DNA from: a virus
Length of the DNA: 64,000 bases
IMG/VR virus record: IMGVR_UViG_3300029362_000615
Direction: 5' to 3' (one strand)
The notes under the pieces were generated by a model, which ran no database searches, was not told where the DNA came from, and saw nothing but the letters and a program-made list of their open reading frames with translations. This document shows positions 8,859 through 17,715 of the stretch, one piece after another (position 1 is the first letter of the stretch; each line of letters begins with the position of its first letter). The position numbers were made by a program, and so were the translations under genes.

Positions 8859-10175
8859 ATGACTACCAACAATCCTATGACCGTAATAACCTCTAAGCCC
8901 TTCGGCGCACTGAATGTGGATGTGTACCAGAATGACAAGCACCAGTATTACATGACCCGTGAACAAATTGGTGCGGCGCTAGAGTACAATAATCCTAATA
9001 AGGCAATTCAAAACATCCATGTTAAGAATACGGATCGTCTTGACCCTCTTTCAACATTCCTCAAACTGAGGAAAGTTGAGGGCGGAATCACGAAGGAACG
9101 TGAATATATTGCTTACAGTTTGCGTGGTGTTATGGAAATCTGCCGTCTGTCACGTCAGCCGAAAGCAGATGCGTTCATGGATTTCTGCTGGGACATTATG
9201 GAATCTTTGATGCGTGGTGATTCCGTTCTGGCTACTCCTAAGATGGATGCTGCGTTGAGCAAGGAGTTTATTGACGTAAGACTTCACGCTCTGTTTGATA
9301 GCATGAAGAATCTTCAGAGCGAACTCAATTCTACTCGCAAAGATCTCAGTGAACAGATTGAGGAAGCCCGTGCTACCAGCAATGAAGCACTGAATGTGAT
9401 TAGTAGCGTATCTCAGTGTGTCCATCAGATTAAGGACAAGCAGATGGATGATGCGATTCGTTCTACCAGAAACTTCACTCCTCGTAAGGATGTGATGAGT
9501 GACTGGCGTAAGAAGATGTATGAACGTATCAATGTGATTGCGGAAATCAATGAGATGAAGGTTCAGGATGTGTTTCGTGATGTTTACGAATACATGAATC
9601 GTGTCTATACCTTTGTTATTGAGGAAGAACGTAGAAAGTATTGCGCAAGAACTGGTCGTACTGGTCATATTCCTACGATTGATGTGGTCGAGGCAAGCAA
9701 AATGTATAAGTCTATCTTTGGCGCTCTGGTTGAGGATCTGTATACTGAGGCAATCAATAAGAAGAAGGAAGAAGCTGTTGAACAGAAGGCTCTGCCTGAA
9801 GCTAAAGTTGTTGATGCAGCTCCTGAAGTAGATGTCTGTGTTGCTCCTGTGATTGATGTTGAAGCTAAGGAAGTTGAGTCTGAGCCGGTTGTGGAGGAAA
9901 AGCCCAAGAAGCAGAGCGAAACGGCAAAAATTCTTTTCCCCATTATGCTTCCTCTGGCAGAAAAACTTGGCGATAAGCCACAGTATAAGCACACTTATAC
10001 TCTGATTTACGAGTGTATTGGCTATAAGAAAATGAATAATTTGTTTGTGGCTTACGAAAAGGCACACGGTAAAGCACCGAATCCGAAGACTAAGGTGTTT
10101 ATTGAAAACGAAAAGAACCTCGCGCTGTTTAAGAAGACTGTGAAGCAGCTGATGAAGGAGCAGGAGAATAAGTAA
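8859..10175 (+). CDS. phage antirepressor-like protein with Bro-N/ORF6N-type N-terminal domain, a long coiled coil and an ORF6C-like C-terminal domain
   Basis: N-terminus FGALNVDVYQNDKHQYYMTREQIGAALEYNNPNKAIQNIH matches the Bro-N/ORF6N pattern. The central region is rich in heptads. Confidence 0.5.
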   Translation: MTTNNPMTVITSKPFGALNVDVYQNDKHQYYMTREQIGAALEYNNPNKAIQNIHVKNTDRLDPLSTFLKLRKVEGGITKEREYIAYSLRGVMEICRLSRQPKADAFMDFCWDIMESLMRGDSVLATPKMDAALSKEFIDVRLHALFDSMKNLQSELNSTRKDLSEQIEEARATSNEALNVISSVSQCVHQIKDKQMDDAIRSTRNFTPRKDVMSDWRKKMYERINVIAEINEMKVQDVFRDVYEYMNRVYTFVIEEERRKYCARTGRTGHIPTIDVVEASKMYKSIFGALVEDLYTEAINKKKEEAVEQKALPEAKVVDAAPEVDVCVAPVIDVEAKEVESEPVVEEKPKKQSETAKILFPIMLPLAEKLGDKPQYKHTYTLIYECIGYKKMNNLFVAYEKAHGKAPNPKTKVFIENEKNLALFKKTVKQLMKEQENK

Positions 10176-10796
10176 ATGTACGTAATATCGAATGGTCACA
10201 ACTATATTATGAAACGGAAGGGCGGTCGAATCTGCGCCACCTGTGATATCAATCTGGCTTTACAGTTTGAATCCAAGGGACTGGCGATTTGTGAGATCAA
10301 CAAGCTTCCCGCCGGGTATAAAAACGGGCACTACGCACCGAAGTCTATGGATGAAGCTACCATTGCAGGCAAGAGTCCGAATATAACGGCTCCGGCTGTA
10401 AAGTCAAATACATACGCATTTCACATGGAAGATTCTGAATGGCTGGCGGAACTTAAAAAGAATTTGGTTATCACAGATAAAACCATGTGTAATCTGAAAG
10501 AGATGTATTCAAAAGTGTACGGTGATTTGACTTCCGCAAGTGATGAGATTGATGATCTAGAACATGCTATTGAGTTTAAGACCGTGAATGCAGCGCAAGG
10601 TTATCAGCTTATGGCAGAGCTTAAAAAGGCTCGCCGGAAGCGTAGAGAAGCTAAGGACGCAAAGCTTTTGCTTGAGATCGTTATGAATACAGAAACCAGA
10701 GAATGGGGAGATGGCAAGCTAGAGACTGCTATTGAGCAGCTTGGTACTCGTCAATTTACTCCGAAGGTTCGTAATGATCTATTTGAAAAGAATTGA
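10176..10796 (+). CDS. hypothetical protein
   Basis: ORF track. Confidence 0.45.
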   Translation: MYVISNGHNYIMKRKGGRICATCDINLALQFESKGLAICEINKLPAGYKNGHYAPKSMDEATIAGKSPNITAPAVKSNTYAFHMEDSEWLAELKKNLVITDKTMCNLKEMYSKVYGDLTSASDEIDDLEHAIEFKTVNAAQGYQLMAELKKARRKRREAKDAKLLLEIVMNTETREWGDGKLETAIEQLGTRQFTPKVRNDLFEKN

Positions 10797-10808
10797 GGTA
10801 CATAAAAA

Positions 10809-11057
10809 ATGAAAGTCTATGTTTTACACGAATGCATTGATTCCAGTGACTTTTACGCAGAAGATAATGTGATTATGGTCACAAAGGATAGAGTCAAAGC
10901 AATTGATAAAATGGTATTCCTGTTTAATGAAAGCAAGAATGACCTACAGCCTGTAAGTAATGACGAGACATGGTGCGAAGCTGCGGAAGCATCTGTTGTT
11001 TGTAGTGGTGAAAGTTATTATCGTCACCACTGGAAGATTGATGAATTCGAGGTGTAA
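10809..11057 (+). CDS. hypothetical protein
   Basis: ORF track. Confidence 0.45.
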   Translation: MKVYVLHECIDSSDFYAEDNVIMVTKDRVKAIDKMVFLFNESKNDLQPVSNDETWCEAAEASVVCSGESYYRHHWKIDEFEV

Positions 11058-11060
11058 GGT

Positions 11061-11300
11061 ATGCCTACTATCAGAGGAAACGGACACTGTAAGGTTTGTG
11101 GTGCGCCGGCTGCTATAAATCATGAGTATTGTGATCATTGCCGCAGGATAGTAAGAATCGAAGCGCGACAGGCTTATGAAAGAAAGAGACGAGAACAGGA
11201 ACGAAGCAAAAAGCCAATCTTGACATTCAGCGATGTTATTAAACTTGCGGATGCCGAGGGATTGTCTTACGGAAAATACTGTTTAAAGTATGGGATTTGA
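11061..11300 (+). CDS. zinc-ribbon protein (CxxC...CxxC), possible DNA-binding accessory factor
   Basis: CKVCGAPAAINHEYCDHC. Immediately upstream of the recombinase gene. Confidence 0.4.
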   Translation: MPTIRGNGHCKVCGAPAAINHEYCDHCRRIVRIEARQAYERKRREQERSKKPILTFSDVIKLADAEGLSYGKYCLKYGI

Positions 11301-11310
11301 GGTGAATGTG

Positions 11311-12129
11311 ATGAGTGCAGTTGTTGAAAGAAAAGAAGAACAGATATCTAAATTGGTCTATTTTAATCCTAAACCTTCCGTTCCGGCGAAAAAGCGTGGT
11401 GTTACAAAAAGTAAGCAGAAGCGTAAGCGTAATATTTCTCCAATTAGAAGCTTGGATGATGTTCAAATGATTTCGGAATACTTCTGGGATAAAAAGCAAT
11501 ATCGCAATTGGTGTCTATTTAATGTCGGCATTGCAACTGGGTTGCGTGCTAGTGACTTGCTTAAATTGAAAGTTTCTGATATGTCTTACTGTCTTTATAA
11601 TGGAAAAATTGAGGTGGTTGAGGACGCAGGAACTTGCATCGTCGAAGAAAAGACTTCCAAATATCGTGAAATCATTCTTACTCCAGAAGCGAGAGACATC
11701 GTTGAAACGTACATTAAGATTGCAAATCTTGGATATGACGATTGGATGTTTCCGTCTCGGCAGGGGAGTTGGAAAAAGTCGTTGAGGACAAATGGTGGAG
11801 ATGGGAAAACTGGTATTCCTCATATTGCAGAACCCAAAAAAGCCGGTGATCCTATTGATGTTGATTCTTTTGCTCGTATCCTTCGTAATGCTGGTAGAGA
11901 TTTGAATCTTAATTATAAGATTGCGTCTCATTCTTGCCGTAAGACATTTGGTTATCGTGAGATGTGTCTTAATAAGGATGATAACCAGGCATTGTCTTGG
12001 ATTCAGGGTCAGTTGAATCATAGTAGTCAGGATATTACATTACGGTACGTTGGTTTTGATGAGGATAAGGCAAAAGAATATTATAAGAAGACTTTTTATG
12101 GTGTGAATACACACAGCTTGGAAGACTGA
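11311..12129 (+). CDS. tyrosine site-specific recombinase (small XerC/D-like phage integrase family)
   Basis: Catalytic signature GLRASDL (Arg), ...K..., HSCRKTF (His-x-x-Arg) and LNHSSQDITLRYV (Tyr). Confidence 0.7.
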   Translation: MSAVVERKEEQISKLVYFNPKPSVPAKKRGVTKSKQKRKRNISPIRSLDDVQMISEYFWDKKQYRNWCLFNVGIATGLRASDLLKLKVSDMSYCLYNGKIEVVEDAGTCIVEEKTSKYREIILTPEARDIVETYIKIANLGYDDWMFPSRQGSWKKSLRTNGGDGKTGIPHIAEPKKAGDPIDVDSFARILRNAGRDLNLNYKIASHSCRKTFGYREMCLNKDDNQALSWIQGQLNHSSQDITLRYVGFDEDKAKEYYKKTFYGVNTHSLED

Positions 12130-12134
12130 GGTGT

Positions 12135-12814
12135 ATGATGGCTGATACTTATATTAAGATCTGGGATACCTACGAGAGCTACTTTGAACCCCTTAGTGCT
12201 GCTGAGGTGGGGCGTCTGGTACTGGCGATGATGAAATACAAATCGTCTGGAACAGAGCCTGAACTCAACGGAAATGAGCGGTATGTGTGGCCCGCCGTGA
12301 AGAGAGATTTAGATAAAGATGCCGAATACATCGAAGGCAAGAGAATTTCTGGCAAAGCTGGTGGCTCATCAAGCAAGCGTAAGCAAAATGAAGCAAACGC
12401 AAGCAAAACCAAGCTAGAAAAAGAGAAAGAAAAGATAAGATATCGTCTTCGTCTTGTGATGAGACGACAACGACGAAACCTATCGAGGATGTTTTTCGAG
12501 AGAATATCGGGAAGCTTGGTGCTACTGGTCGAAAGGCTTTAGCAGAATATGTTGAGCGCATGGGTGATGAACTTGTACTTGCTGTGATTGGTAAGTGTTC
12601 TGATCTCGGCGGTAGCACATGGGCTTATGTGCGAAAAGCTCTGGATGAAGCAGAATCTCTTGGTTGCAAGACTGCTGATGACTATCGCCGGGCTTGTCCG
12701 ATAGGGAGTGGTCGTAATCTTAGAGTTGACAGAAAAGAATTCAGTGGCAACGATATCCTGAAAAACGCAACGAAACGTCGTCCACTAGTAAAAAGAGAGC
12801 TGGAAACAGCATAA
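12135..12814 (+). pseudogene. replisome organizer / DnaD-like replication initiation protein (DUF4373-like N-terminus plus DnaD C-terminal domain) interrupted by a frameshift
   Basis: Frame 0 through ~12417 ends GKAGGSSSKRKQNEANASK. Frame -1 from ~12419 reads PIEDVFRENIGKLGATGRKALAEYV...GGSTWAYVRKALDEAESLGCKT (DnaD domain). The shift sits at an A5 run at 12418-12422. Confidence 0.65.
12371..12420 (+). repeat. five tandem 10-bp iteron-like direct repeats AAGCAARNNN inside the replisome-organizer gene; candidate replication origin
   Basis: AAGCAAGCGT AAGCAAAATG AAGCAAACGC AAGCAAAACC AAGCTAGAAA, followed by an A-rich tract and the inverted repeat TCGTCTtgtgatgAGACGA. Confidence 0.5.
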
Positions 12815-12829
12815 ATGGAGGCTTGAATT

Positions 12830-13231
12830 ATGGGACTGTTACTTGGTTTGGGTTTACTTGGCGCAGCATTTGCGATTGATGGAGCAAAGCAAGCACCGTT
12901 TGATAAGGCGTATCGCCGTCTGGAAAACGAATGGGGGACTTGTACATCGGAAGAGAGTAAGCGGTGTGATGCTCTGAAGTATGCCGTGCAGAACGGTTTA
13001 TGTTTCGAGGATGAAAAGAAGCCTGTGATTGAGTGGCAGAAGCTGAGAGACCTTCAGTGGAAGTATCAGCTGGCTGGTATTTCTTGGCCGAGAGAATCTG
13101 CGATTCGAGATGTATGCCGGTTGGCAGCTCGTGACCGTGGATTTGAGTATAAAGGGTATCTGCGAAATACATTGACATTTGGTTATATCACTGATCCGAA
13201 AAACATTTGCAAGCTTGGCATTGTAGATTGA
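12830..13231 (+). CDS. hypothetical protein with hydrophobic N-terminus
   Basis: ORF track; MGLLLGLGLLGAAFA. Confidence 0.45.
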   Translation: MGLLLGLGLLGAAFAIDGAKQAPFDKAYRRLENEWGTCTSEESKRCDALKYAVQNGLCFEDEKKPVIEWQKLRDLQWKYQLAGISWPRESAIRDVCRLAARDRGFEYKGYLRNTLTFGYITDPKNICKLGIVD

Positions 13232-13245
13232 GAGGAGATTTGAAA

Positions 13246-13551
13246 ATGAATAACACTCGTAGAAAAGCTATTAAGCAGACCATTGACCGTTTTTGTTCCA
13301 TCCGTAAGAAGCTGGAAGAGCTTGTAGAAGAGGTCGAAAGTGTAAAGTCTGACGTTGAGGATATCCAGTTGGAAGAAGAAGAGTATCGTGATAATATGCC
13401 GGAGAACCTGCAGGGGAGTGAGCGGTATGATAAAGCGGATGAAGCTTGCACAAATCTGTCTGATGCTGTGGATGCTCTGGACGATATGATTAGTGATCTT
13501 GATTTGGATATTGATAGTGTGACTACTTCTTTGGAGGAAGCGATGGAATGA
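13246..13551 (+). CDS. highly acidic coiled-coil protein (DNA-mimic candidate)
   Basis: Internal ATG of track ORF 13207..13551. About one third D/E. Confidence 0.45.
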   Translation: MNNTRRKAIKQTIDRFCSIRKKLEELVEEVESVKSDVEDIQLEEEEYRDNMPENLQGSERYDKADEACTNLSDAVDALDDMISDLDLDIDSVTTSLEEAME

Positions 13552-13736
13552 TTAAGGCCACGTATCCATTGAAAAGAAATGCGTGGGCTGTGTTCTTGTA
13601 CAGAGGTAGGCAAGTTTGTTCATACCTACTGCGTAATAGCAATCTTGGGGACAAAGAACGCATGGTAGAGCTGCTGGCACGAAGGTATATGACAGAGCCT
13701 GAGAATATTGTTGTAGATATTGAATTTAGAGATTGA
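13548..13736 (+). CDS. hypothetical protein
   Basis: ORF track. Confidence 0.4.
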   Translation: MIKATYPLKRNAWAVFLYRGRQVCSYLLRNSNLGDKERMVELLARRYMTEPENIVVDIEFRD

Positions 13737-13747
13737 GGTGATAAAGA

Positions 13748-13822
13748 ATGACCGCGTTTGTAATGTTTACTTTCAATGTGGCACTGATAATAGCAGTGAA
13801 TAGTAATCCGTTTGCGTTTTAA
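13748..13822 (+). CDS. putative 24-aa hydrophobic peptide
   Basis: Hand-translated MTAFVMFTFNVALIIAVNSNPFAF. Weak RBS. Confidence 0.2.
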   Translation: MTAFVMFTFNVALIIAVNSNPFAF

Positions 13823-13836
13823 GTGGAGGCATGAAT

Positions 13837-14064
13837 ATGAAAGAACTGGAAGAAATTTACAATCGATTATATGATGAATACATTGACGCTAGACGAGAGC
13901 ATATTAAGTCTAGTCTCGATATGAAAAAGAATGGTGACAGAATATATTTACATGGAAAAATGCATGGGTTAGAAATTGCTATTAGCATCGTCGATGAAGT
14001 GCTCGAAAGGGTTAAGGCAGAATATACCAAGGAAGCTTTTGACGTAGACCCATATAAAACCTAA
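13837..14064 (+). CDS. hypothetical protein
   Basis: Second ATG of track ORF 13831..14064, 7 nt after GGAGG. Confidence 0.45.
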   Translation: MKELEEIYNRLYDEYIDARREHIKSSLDMKKNGDRIYLHGKMHGLEIAISIVDEVLERVKAEYTKEAFDVDPYKT

Positions 14065-14081
14065 ATTCTGTGGAGGTAAAT

Positions 14082-14345
14082 ATGAGATATACAAAGCGTG
14101 AAATCATTAGCGCGTATCGGATTCTCACGAAGAATATTCAGCAAAATGATCTTGGCTGGCGTGGAAAAATGATTTTAAGTGATGTACTTGATGACTATTT
14201 CAGCCGTATTGAGGGTGAAATAGTTGTTGTAGATCCAAAGTGTGGAAGTTTTCGTTGTCCAAAATGCAACACGGTAATTACAAGTAGGTATGATCACTAT
14301 TGCAGAGATTGTGGTCAGAAGTTTGATTGGAGAGAAACAAGATGA
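14082..14345 (+). CDS. zinc-ribbon protein
   Basis: CGSFRCPKCN...CRDCGQ. Confidence 0.45.
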   Translation: MRYTKREIISAYRILTKNIQQNDLGWRGKMILSDVLDDYFSRIEGEIVVVDPKCGSFRCPKCNTVITSRYDHYCRDCGQKFDWRETR

Positions 14346-14554
14346 AGATTGATTTGACTCTCAATGAAGCACGAGTTATCCAAGATGCGCTTGATGCGAC
14401 GAGCCTGTGCCGTTCTGGATGCTACATGGGTTACAAGAGTGGTGATGAGGATTTGTGTTTCAAACTTGATAAGGATGGAAATTATCGCTGTAAGCTGATG
14501 CGAGAAATTGATTCCATCAATGGCAAGATTGAGAATGCAATGGACGGAAAGTAA
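14342..14554 (+). CDS. hypothetical protein
   Basis: ATG overlapping upstream stop. Confidence 0.4.
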   Translation: MKIDLTLNEARVIQDALDATSLCRSGCYMGYKSGDEDLCFKLDKDGNYRCKLMREIDSINGKIENAMDGK

Positions 14555-14744
14555 TAAAATCCGGGTTCTTGTGGATATTTAACAAAAGGATGTGTGGACC
14601 GATGATATAACTATTGATGACGTAGGATTATTAGTAAAATTTTGGTAATTTTGATAATTGTGTTGAATAATCTCTTTGTGCGGTGTATGCTTGAGACAAC
14701 CTCAATACAAGATGGTCAAGCCAAAAGAATGTGAGGTTAATATA
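14555..14744 (+). promoter_or_regulatory. 190-nt AT-rich intergenic region with TTGAyr/TAAT repeats; probable promoter cluster for the accessory island
   Basis: Contains TTGAAT-17nt-TATGCT and several TTGATA/TTGACG boxes. Confidence 0.35.
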
Positions 14745-14879
14745 ATGTGGATTATGATAATTTTACTTATGGTATTGGATGCCGTGTACGCACTTAGTCT
14801 GTTAGGAGCGCTTTCCGATGCCGATGATCAGAGTGGGCGGCTGGAAATGAAACAGGGAAGGAATGGTCGAAATGGATAA
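14745..14879 (+). CDS. small membrane protein (44 aa; single TM)
   Basis: MWIMIILLMVLDAVYALSLLGAL. GAGG RBS 8 nt upstream. Confidence 0.4.
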   Translation: MWIMIILLMVLDAVYALSLLGALSDADDQSGRLEMKQGRNGRNG

Positions 14880-15102
14880 TTTGAAACCGTGTCCATTTTG
14901 CGGTGGAGAAGTTACCATTGCAGAGGGCGGTTATCGCCAAACACGATGGATGTATGTTACGAGAGGAAACAAAGAAAATAGGTGCAACTGCTATGTTATC
15001 ATGGAAAGCAAAACTTACGACTTTGATTCCTCTGAAATGGAAAAAGCAAAAATTAAAGCCGATCTTATCGAAGCATGGAATAAACGGATTTATAAAAGTT
15101 AA
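14872..15102 (+). CDS. lar: Lar-family restriction alleviation protein
   Basis: MDNLKPCPFCGG...CNCYV...IEAWNKR matches the Lar family signature (KPCPFCGG N-terminus, C-terminal AWNRR). Confidence 0.55.
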   Translation: MDNLKPCPFCGGEVTIAEGGYRQTRWMYVTRGNKENRCNCYVIMESKTYDFDSSEMEKAKIKADLIEAWNKRIYKS

Positions 15103-15120
15103 GATTTAGGAGAGTTTTAT

Positions 15121-15369
15121 ATGATTGCTACAGAGTTAATTAAGATTTTGGAAAAGCTACCAAGTGATGTTTTTATCGAAACGGATAGCGGCTGGGAATG
15201 TGATGCAACGGAGGTGAATGCTGCTTATTATAGCAGTCAAAAAAATGTTTTGGTTTTAACATGGAAACCGCAGGGAAACTATAAATATTACGAGGAATCT
15301 CCAAAATGGGAGTGTGTGTTCTGCGATGTAGACAGTCATTCCCCGGTAGTGCTACATTCTGATTTTTGA
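15121..15369 (+). CDS. hypothetical protein
   Basis: ORF track. Confidence 0.45.
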   Translation: MIATELIKILEKLPSDVFIETDSGWECDATEVNAAYYSSQKNVLVLTWKPQGNYKYYEESPKWECVFCDVDSHSPVVLHSDF

Positions 15370-15397
15370 TAGAAGCTGAGATTTAAAGAGAATGCCT

Positions 15398-15742
15398 ATG
15401 AGAATAAAAGTTGGAGATAGAGTTTACGATAAAGTATCTCAACGATACGGTATCGTGAAAAAATTTGTTGGCGAAGATTTTGTTGGAATGTTCTATGTAA
15501 AAGCCGACTGTTCCGAGGAAAGCGAATGGCGATTTCCAGAAGATATTGAATTGGCAGATTCTTCAGAAAAAGATAGCCGTGATTCTAATTCTGTGAAAAT
15601 AATTTGTTGCAAGGATTGTGAACTTTGGAATACATGGGGCAAGAAAGGAGAATCATGCAGCTGCGCTCATTTTACTCTTGATAATTCCAATGCTGTATAT
15701 ACCAAGCCAGAGGATTTTTGTAGTTATGCAGAAAAACGATAA
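15398..15742 (+). CDS. hypothetical Cys-rich protein
   Basis: CCKDCELWNTWGKKGESCSCAHF. Confidence 0.45.
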   Translation: MRIKVGDRVYDKVSQRYGIVKKFVGEDFVGMFYVKADCSEESEWRFPEDIELADSSEKDSRDSNSVKIICCKDCELWNTWGKKGESCSCAHFTLDNSNAVYTKPEDFCSYAEKR

Positions 15743-15769
15743 AAACTAAGTTTTAATAGAGGTGATTCT

Positions 15770-16522
15770 ATGACAAGAAATGAATTGCTTGGAGCGTTAT
15801 GCTTCCCAGAATACAATTTCATTCGAGAGAATGAACATCTTGGCAAGCATATGATGTTCGTAACGGTCGGTGGCAGCCACGCTTATGGAACAAATGTTGA
15901 GGGTTCAGATCTTGACATCCGTGGTGTGGCATTAAATTCAAGAGAAGACCTTCTTGGTCTTGGCGAGTTTGAACATTATGTGGATACTCAAACTGATACT
16001 ACAATCTACAGCTTTAATAAGGCTGTGAAGCTAATGTGTAGTGGAAATCCTAATATGCTGGAGCAGCTAGGGAACGCCGATGAACTCGTTATTAGCTATA
16101 GTCCAATGACAAAGTTACTTATGGATAATAAAAAGCTGTTCCTGTCGAGGCGTGTAATCTATTCGTTTGGCGGTTTTGCAGGTAAGCTGATTCAGAAGGC
16201 TGATACGCTGGATAAAGATCCAATTTATCATGGTTCAAAGAAAATGCACAAGACGGTGATGAATGCAATTCGTGTATACCTGATGCTCTTTGACATCTTA
16301 GAAAAAGGTGAAATTAAAACTTATCGAGATAACGATCATAACTTCCTGACGCAGCTTCGCAACGGTGAATATGATTACAAAGAGATTCGTCAGCAACTGA
16401 TTCCGGCCTATGAAAGCAGATTGTCAGTTGACAAGAGTGAGACTTACCTGCCGGACAATGTTGATTGGAAGCGGGTCAACGAGCTTGTAATAACCGTAAA
16501 TGAGGAATCGTTGAAGATTTGA
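15770..16522 (+). CDS. Pol-beta-superfamily nucleotidyltransferase (COG3541/PF10127-like)
   Basis: GSHAYGTNVEGSDLDIRGV, i.e. the hG[GS]...D.D NTase signature. Confidence 0.5.
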   Translation: MTRNELLGALCFPEYNFIRENEHLGKHMMFVTVGGSHAYGTNVEGSDLDIRGVALNSREDLLGLGEFEHYVDTQTDTTIYSFNKAVKLMCSGNPNMLEQLGNADELVISYSPMTKLLMDNKKLFLSRRVIYSFGGFAGKLIQKADTLDKDPIYHGSKKMHKTVMNAIRVYLMLFDILEKGEIKTYRDNDHNFLTQLRNGEYDYKEIRQQLIPAYESRLSVDKSETYLPDNVDWKRVNELVITVNEESLKI

Positions 16523-16546
16523 TAAAACCAATATTTTTGAAAGGAA

Positions 16547-17173
16547 GTGATTCTTATTAACTCTAATTTGTTAATAAATCGTGAGCAAAGTATTGCTATT
16601 GTGTGTATAATGTGCCTGCTGGCGGGGAATCTTGTATCGAAGATCAGTCCGGTAATTCAGAATCATGGTGATTCATACCTTTATAATAATAGCCCTCCGG
16701 CAGTGAGTGTAGTGCAGCAAGAGGAAAAGGAGCCAGAAGTCATTGTAGAAACCGTTACTGAGATGCGGATTGTAAACTTTGGTCAGGGCAAACATAAACT
16801 CACTGATGACGAACGTGCTCTTGCGGAGCAGATCGTTGCTTGTGAAGCAGGTGCTGACAGTTTGGAAGGCCAGATGGCTGTGGCCCAATGCCTTTATGAT
16901 TCCGCTGTACTTGATAGTCTAACCATCCAGCAGGTCTTTAAGAAGTATGGTTATAGTTCCTTATATAATAGGAAGGTGACGGCAGAGAACGAACTGGCTG
17001 TGTCTATGGTGTTTGATTACGGCGCTAAGATTTCAGACAAACCTATTCAATGGTTTGTAACCCCGGCGGCTGCTCCAGGCAGTTGGCACGAGCGCGGAGC
17101 AACCTTTGCTGGACAATTTGGCGCACACAGGTTTTATTATGACGCGAAGCTGGTTGTGGATGATGCTGAGTAA
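16547..17173 (+). CDS. membrane-anchored SleB-like cell-wall hydrolase (Hydrolase_2 domain)
   Basis: N-terminal TM segment. C-terminus LAEQIVACEAGADSLEGQMAVAQCLYDS...FAGQFGAHRFY resembles the SleB/CwlJ family. GTG start. Confidence 0.55.
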   Translation: MILINSNLLINREQSIAIVCIMCLLAGNLVSKISPVIQNHGDSYLYNNSPPAVSVVQQEEKEPEVIVETVTEMRIVNFGQGKHKLTDDERALAEQIVACEAGADSLEGQMAVAQCLYDSAVLDSLTIQQVFKKYGYSSLYNRKVTAENELAVSMVFDYGAKISDKPIQWFVTPAAAPGSWHERGATFAGQFGAHRFYYDAKLVVDDAE

Positions 17174-17228
17174 ATGGCATCATCTAAAATTTTGATAAAG
17201 CAGCACAACAAAATGGTGTGGTACATAT

Positions 17229-17262
17229 TGACGAAAACAAAAAGATGTGTATAATATATCTT
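17229..17262 (+). promoter_or_regulatory. sigma-70-type promoter TTGACG-16/17-TATAAT
   Basis: ttgacgaaaacaaaaagatgtgtataatat, upstream of gene 17298. Confidence 0.45.
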
Positions 17263-17297
17263 GGAAGTTGTTTATGTGATCGGAAGGCGGTATTTCG

Positions 17298-17624
17298 ATG
17301 AGTGAGAAAAAGGTTTTGGGAGTTATACAGGTTGAGAACTTTTTGAAGTACATAAGAAAAAAGCGAGTGTGGGTCTGTTTTATTTGCAATGGTGTGGATG
17401 TTCACATGATCTGCAAAAAGATGGACGACATTGGCGTAGAGACGCATGGGATTGTCAAAGGCATTGGATTTTTTGGAAACGAAAGTCATATTGAGTTGCG
17501 GCAAGAATGTCACGAAGTAAGGAGGGTTGAGTTTAGGCCGGGCGATAAAGAGAAAGCGTATGAGATGATATTCGATAACACCAGCGTGTTCGTATCAGAG
17601 AATCCAGAGTTGTACGGGCACTAA
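17298..17624 (+). CDS. hypothetical protein
   Basis: ORF track. Confidence 0.45.
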   Translation: MSEKKVLGVIQVENFLKYIRKKRVWVCFICNGVDVHMICKKMDDIGVETHGIVKGIGFFGNESHIELRQECHEVRRVEFRPGDKEKAYEMIFDNTSVFVSENPELYGH

Positions 17625-17644
17625 AAATATTTTTGAAAACCTAT

Positions 17645-17680
17645 TGACTTCTGTAAAGGTATCCTGTATAATATAGCTAT
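17645..17680 (+). promoter_or_regulatory. near-consensus promoter TTGACT-16/17-TATAAT embedded in a reverse-orientation copy of the 23-bp element GGTATCCTGTATAATATAGCTAT
   Basis: Directly upstream of mazF-like gene. Identical 23-mer at 42431-42453. Confidence 0.6.
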
Positions 17681-17715
17681 GGAACGGAGCTACACTATTA
17701 TAGAGGAGAAAGACT

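Noticed and set aside
9150-10199. 349-aa minus-strand ORF, plus other long minus-strand ORFs (19568..20545, 20705..21520, 26384..26983, 38054..38722, 51342..52193)
   Set aside because: All lie antisense to well-supported + strand genes (ORF6N protein, Pnkp, SSB-like, DnaE, SPFH). They have low-complexity Leu/Ile/Phe-rich composition and no RBS. They are shadow ORFs of the coding strand.
12410-12445. Programmed -1 ribosomal frameshift in the DnaD-like gene
   Set aside because: No X XXY YYZ slippery heptamer exists in the zero frame around the shift point. A 1-nt homopolymer miscall in AAAAA explains the frames more simply. The downstream hairpin is noted but not sufficient.
15448-15462. Perfect 7-1-7 palindrome ACGATACgGTATCGT
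   Set aside because: It lies inside a coding region (QRYGIVK) and is unrelated to the TAACGTnGATACGTTA operator family. Likely coincidental.
17180-17513. Minus-strand ORFs 17180..17389 and 17184..17513 as a candidate antitoxin for MazF
   Set aside because: They overlap the + strand gene 17298..17624 and a promoter region, have no RBS, and their sequences are not antitoxin-like.
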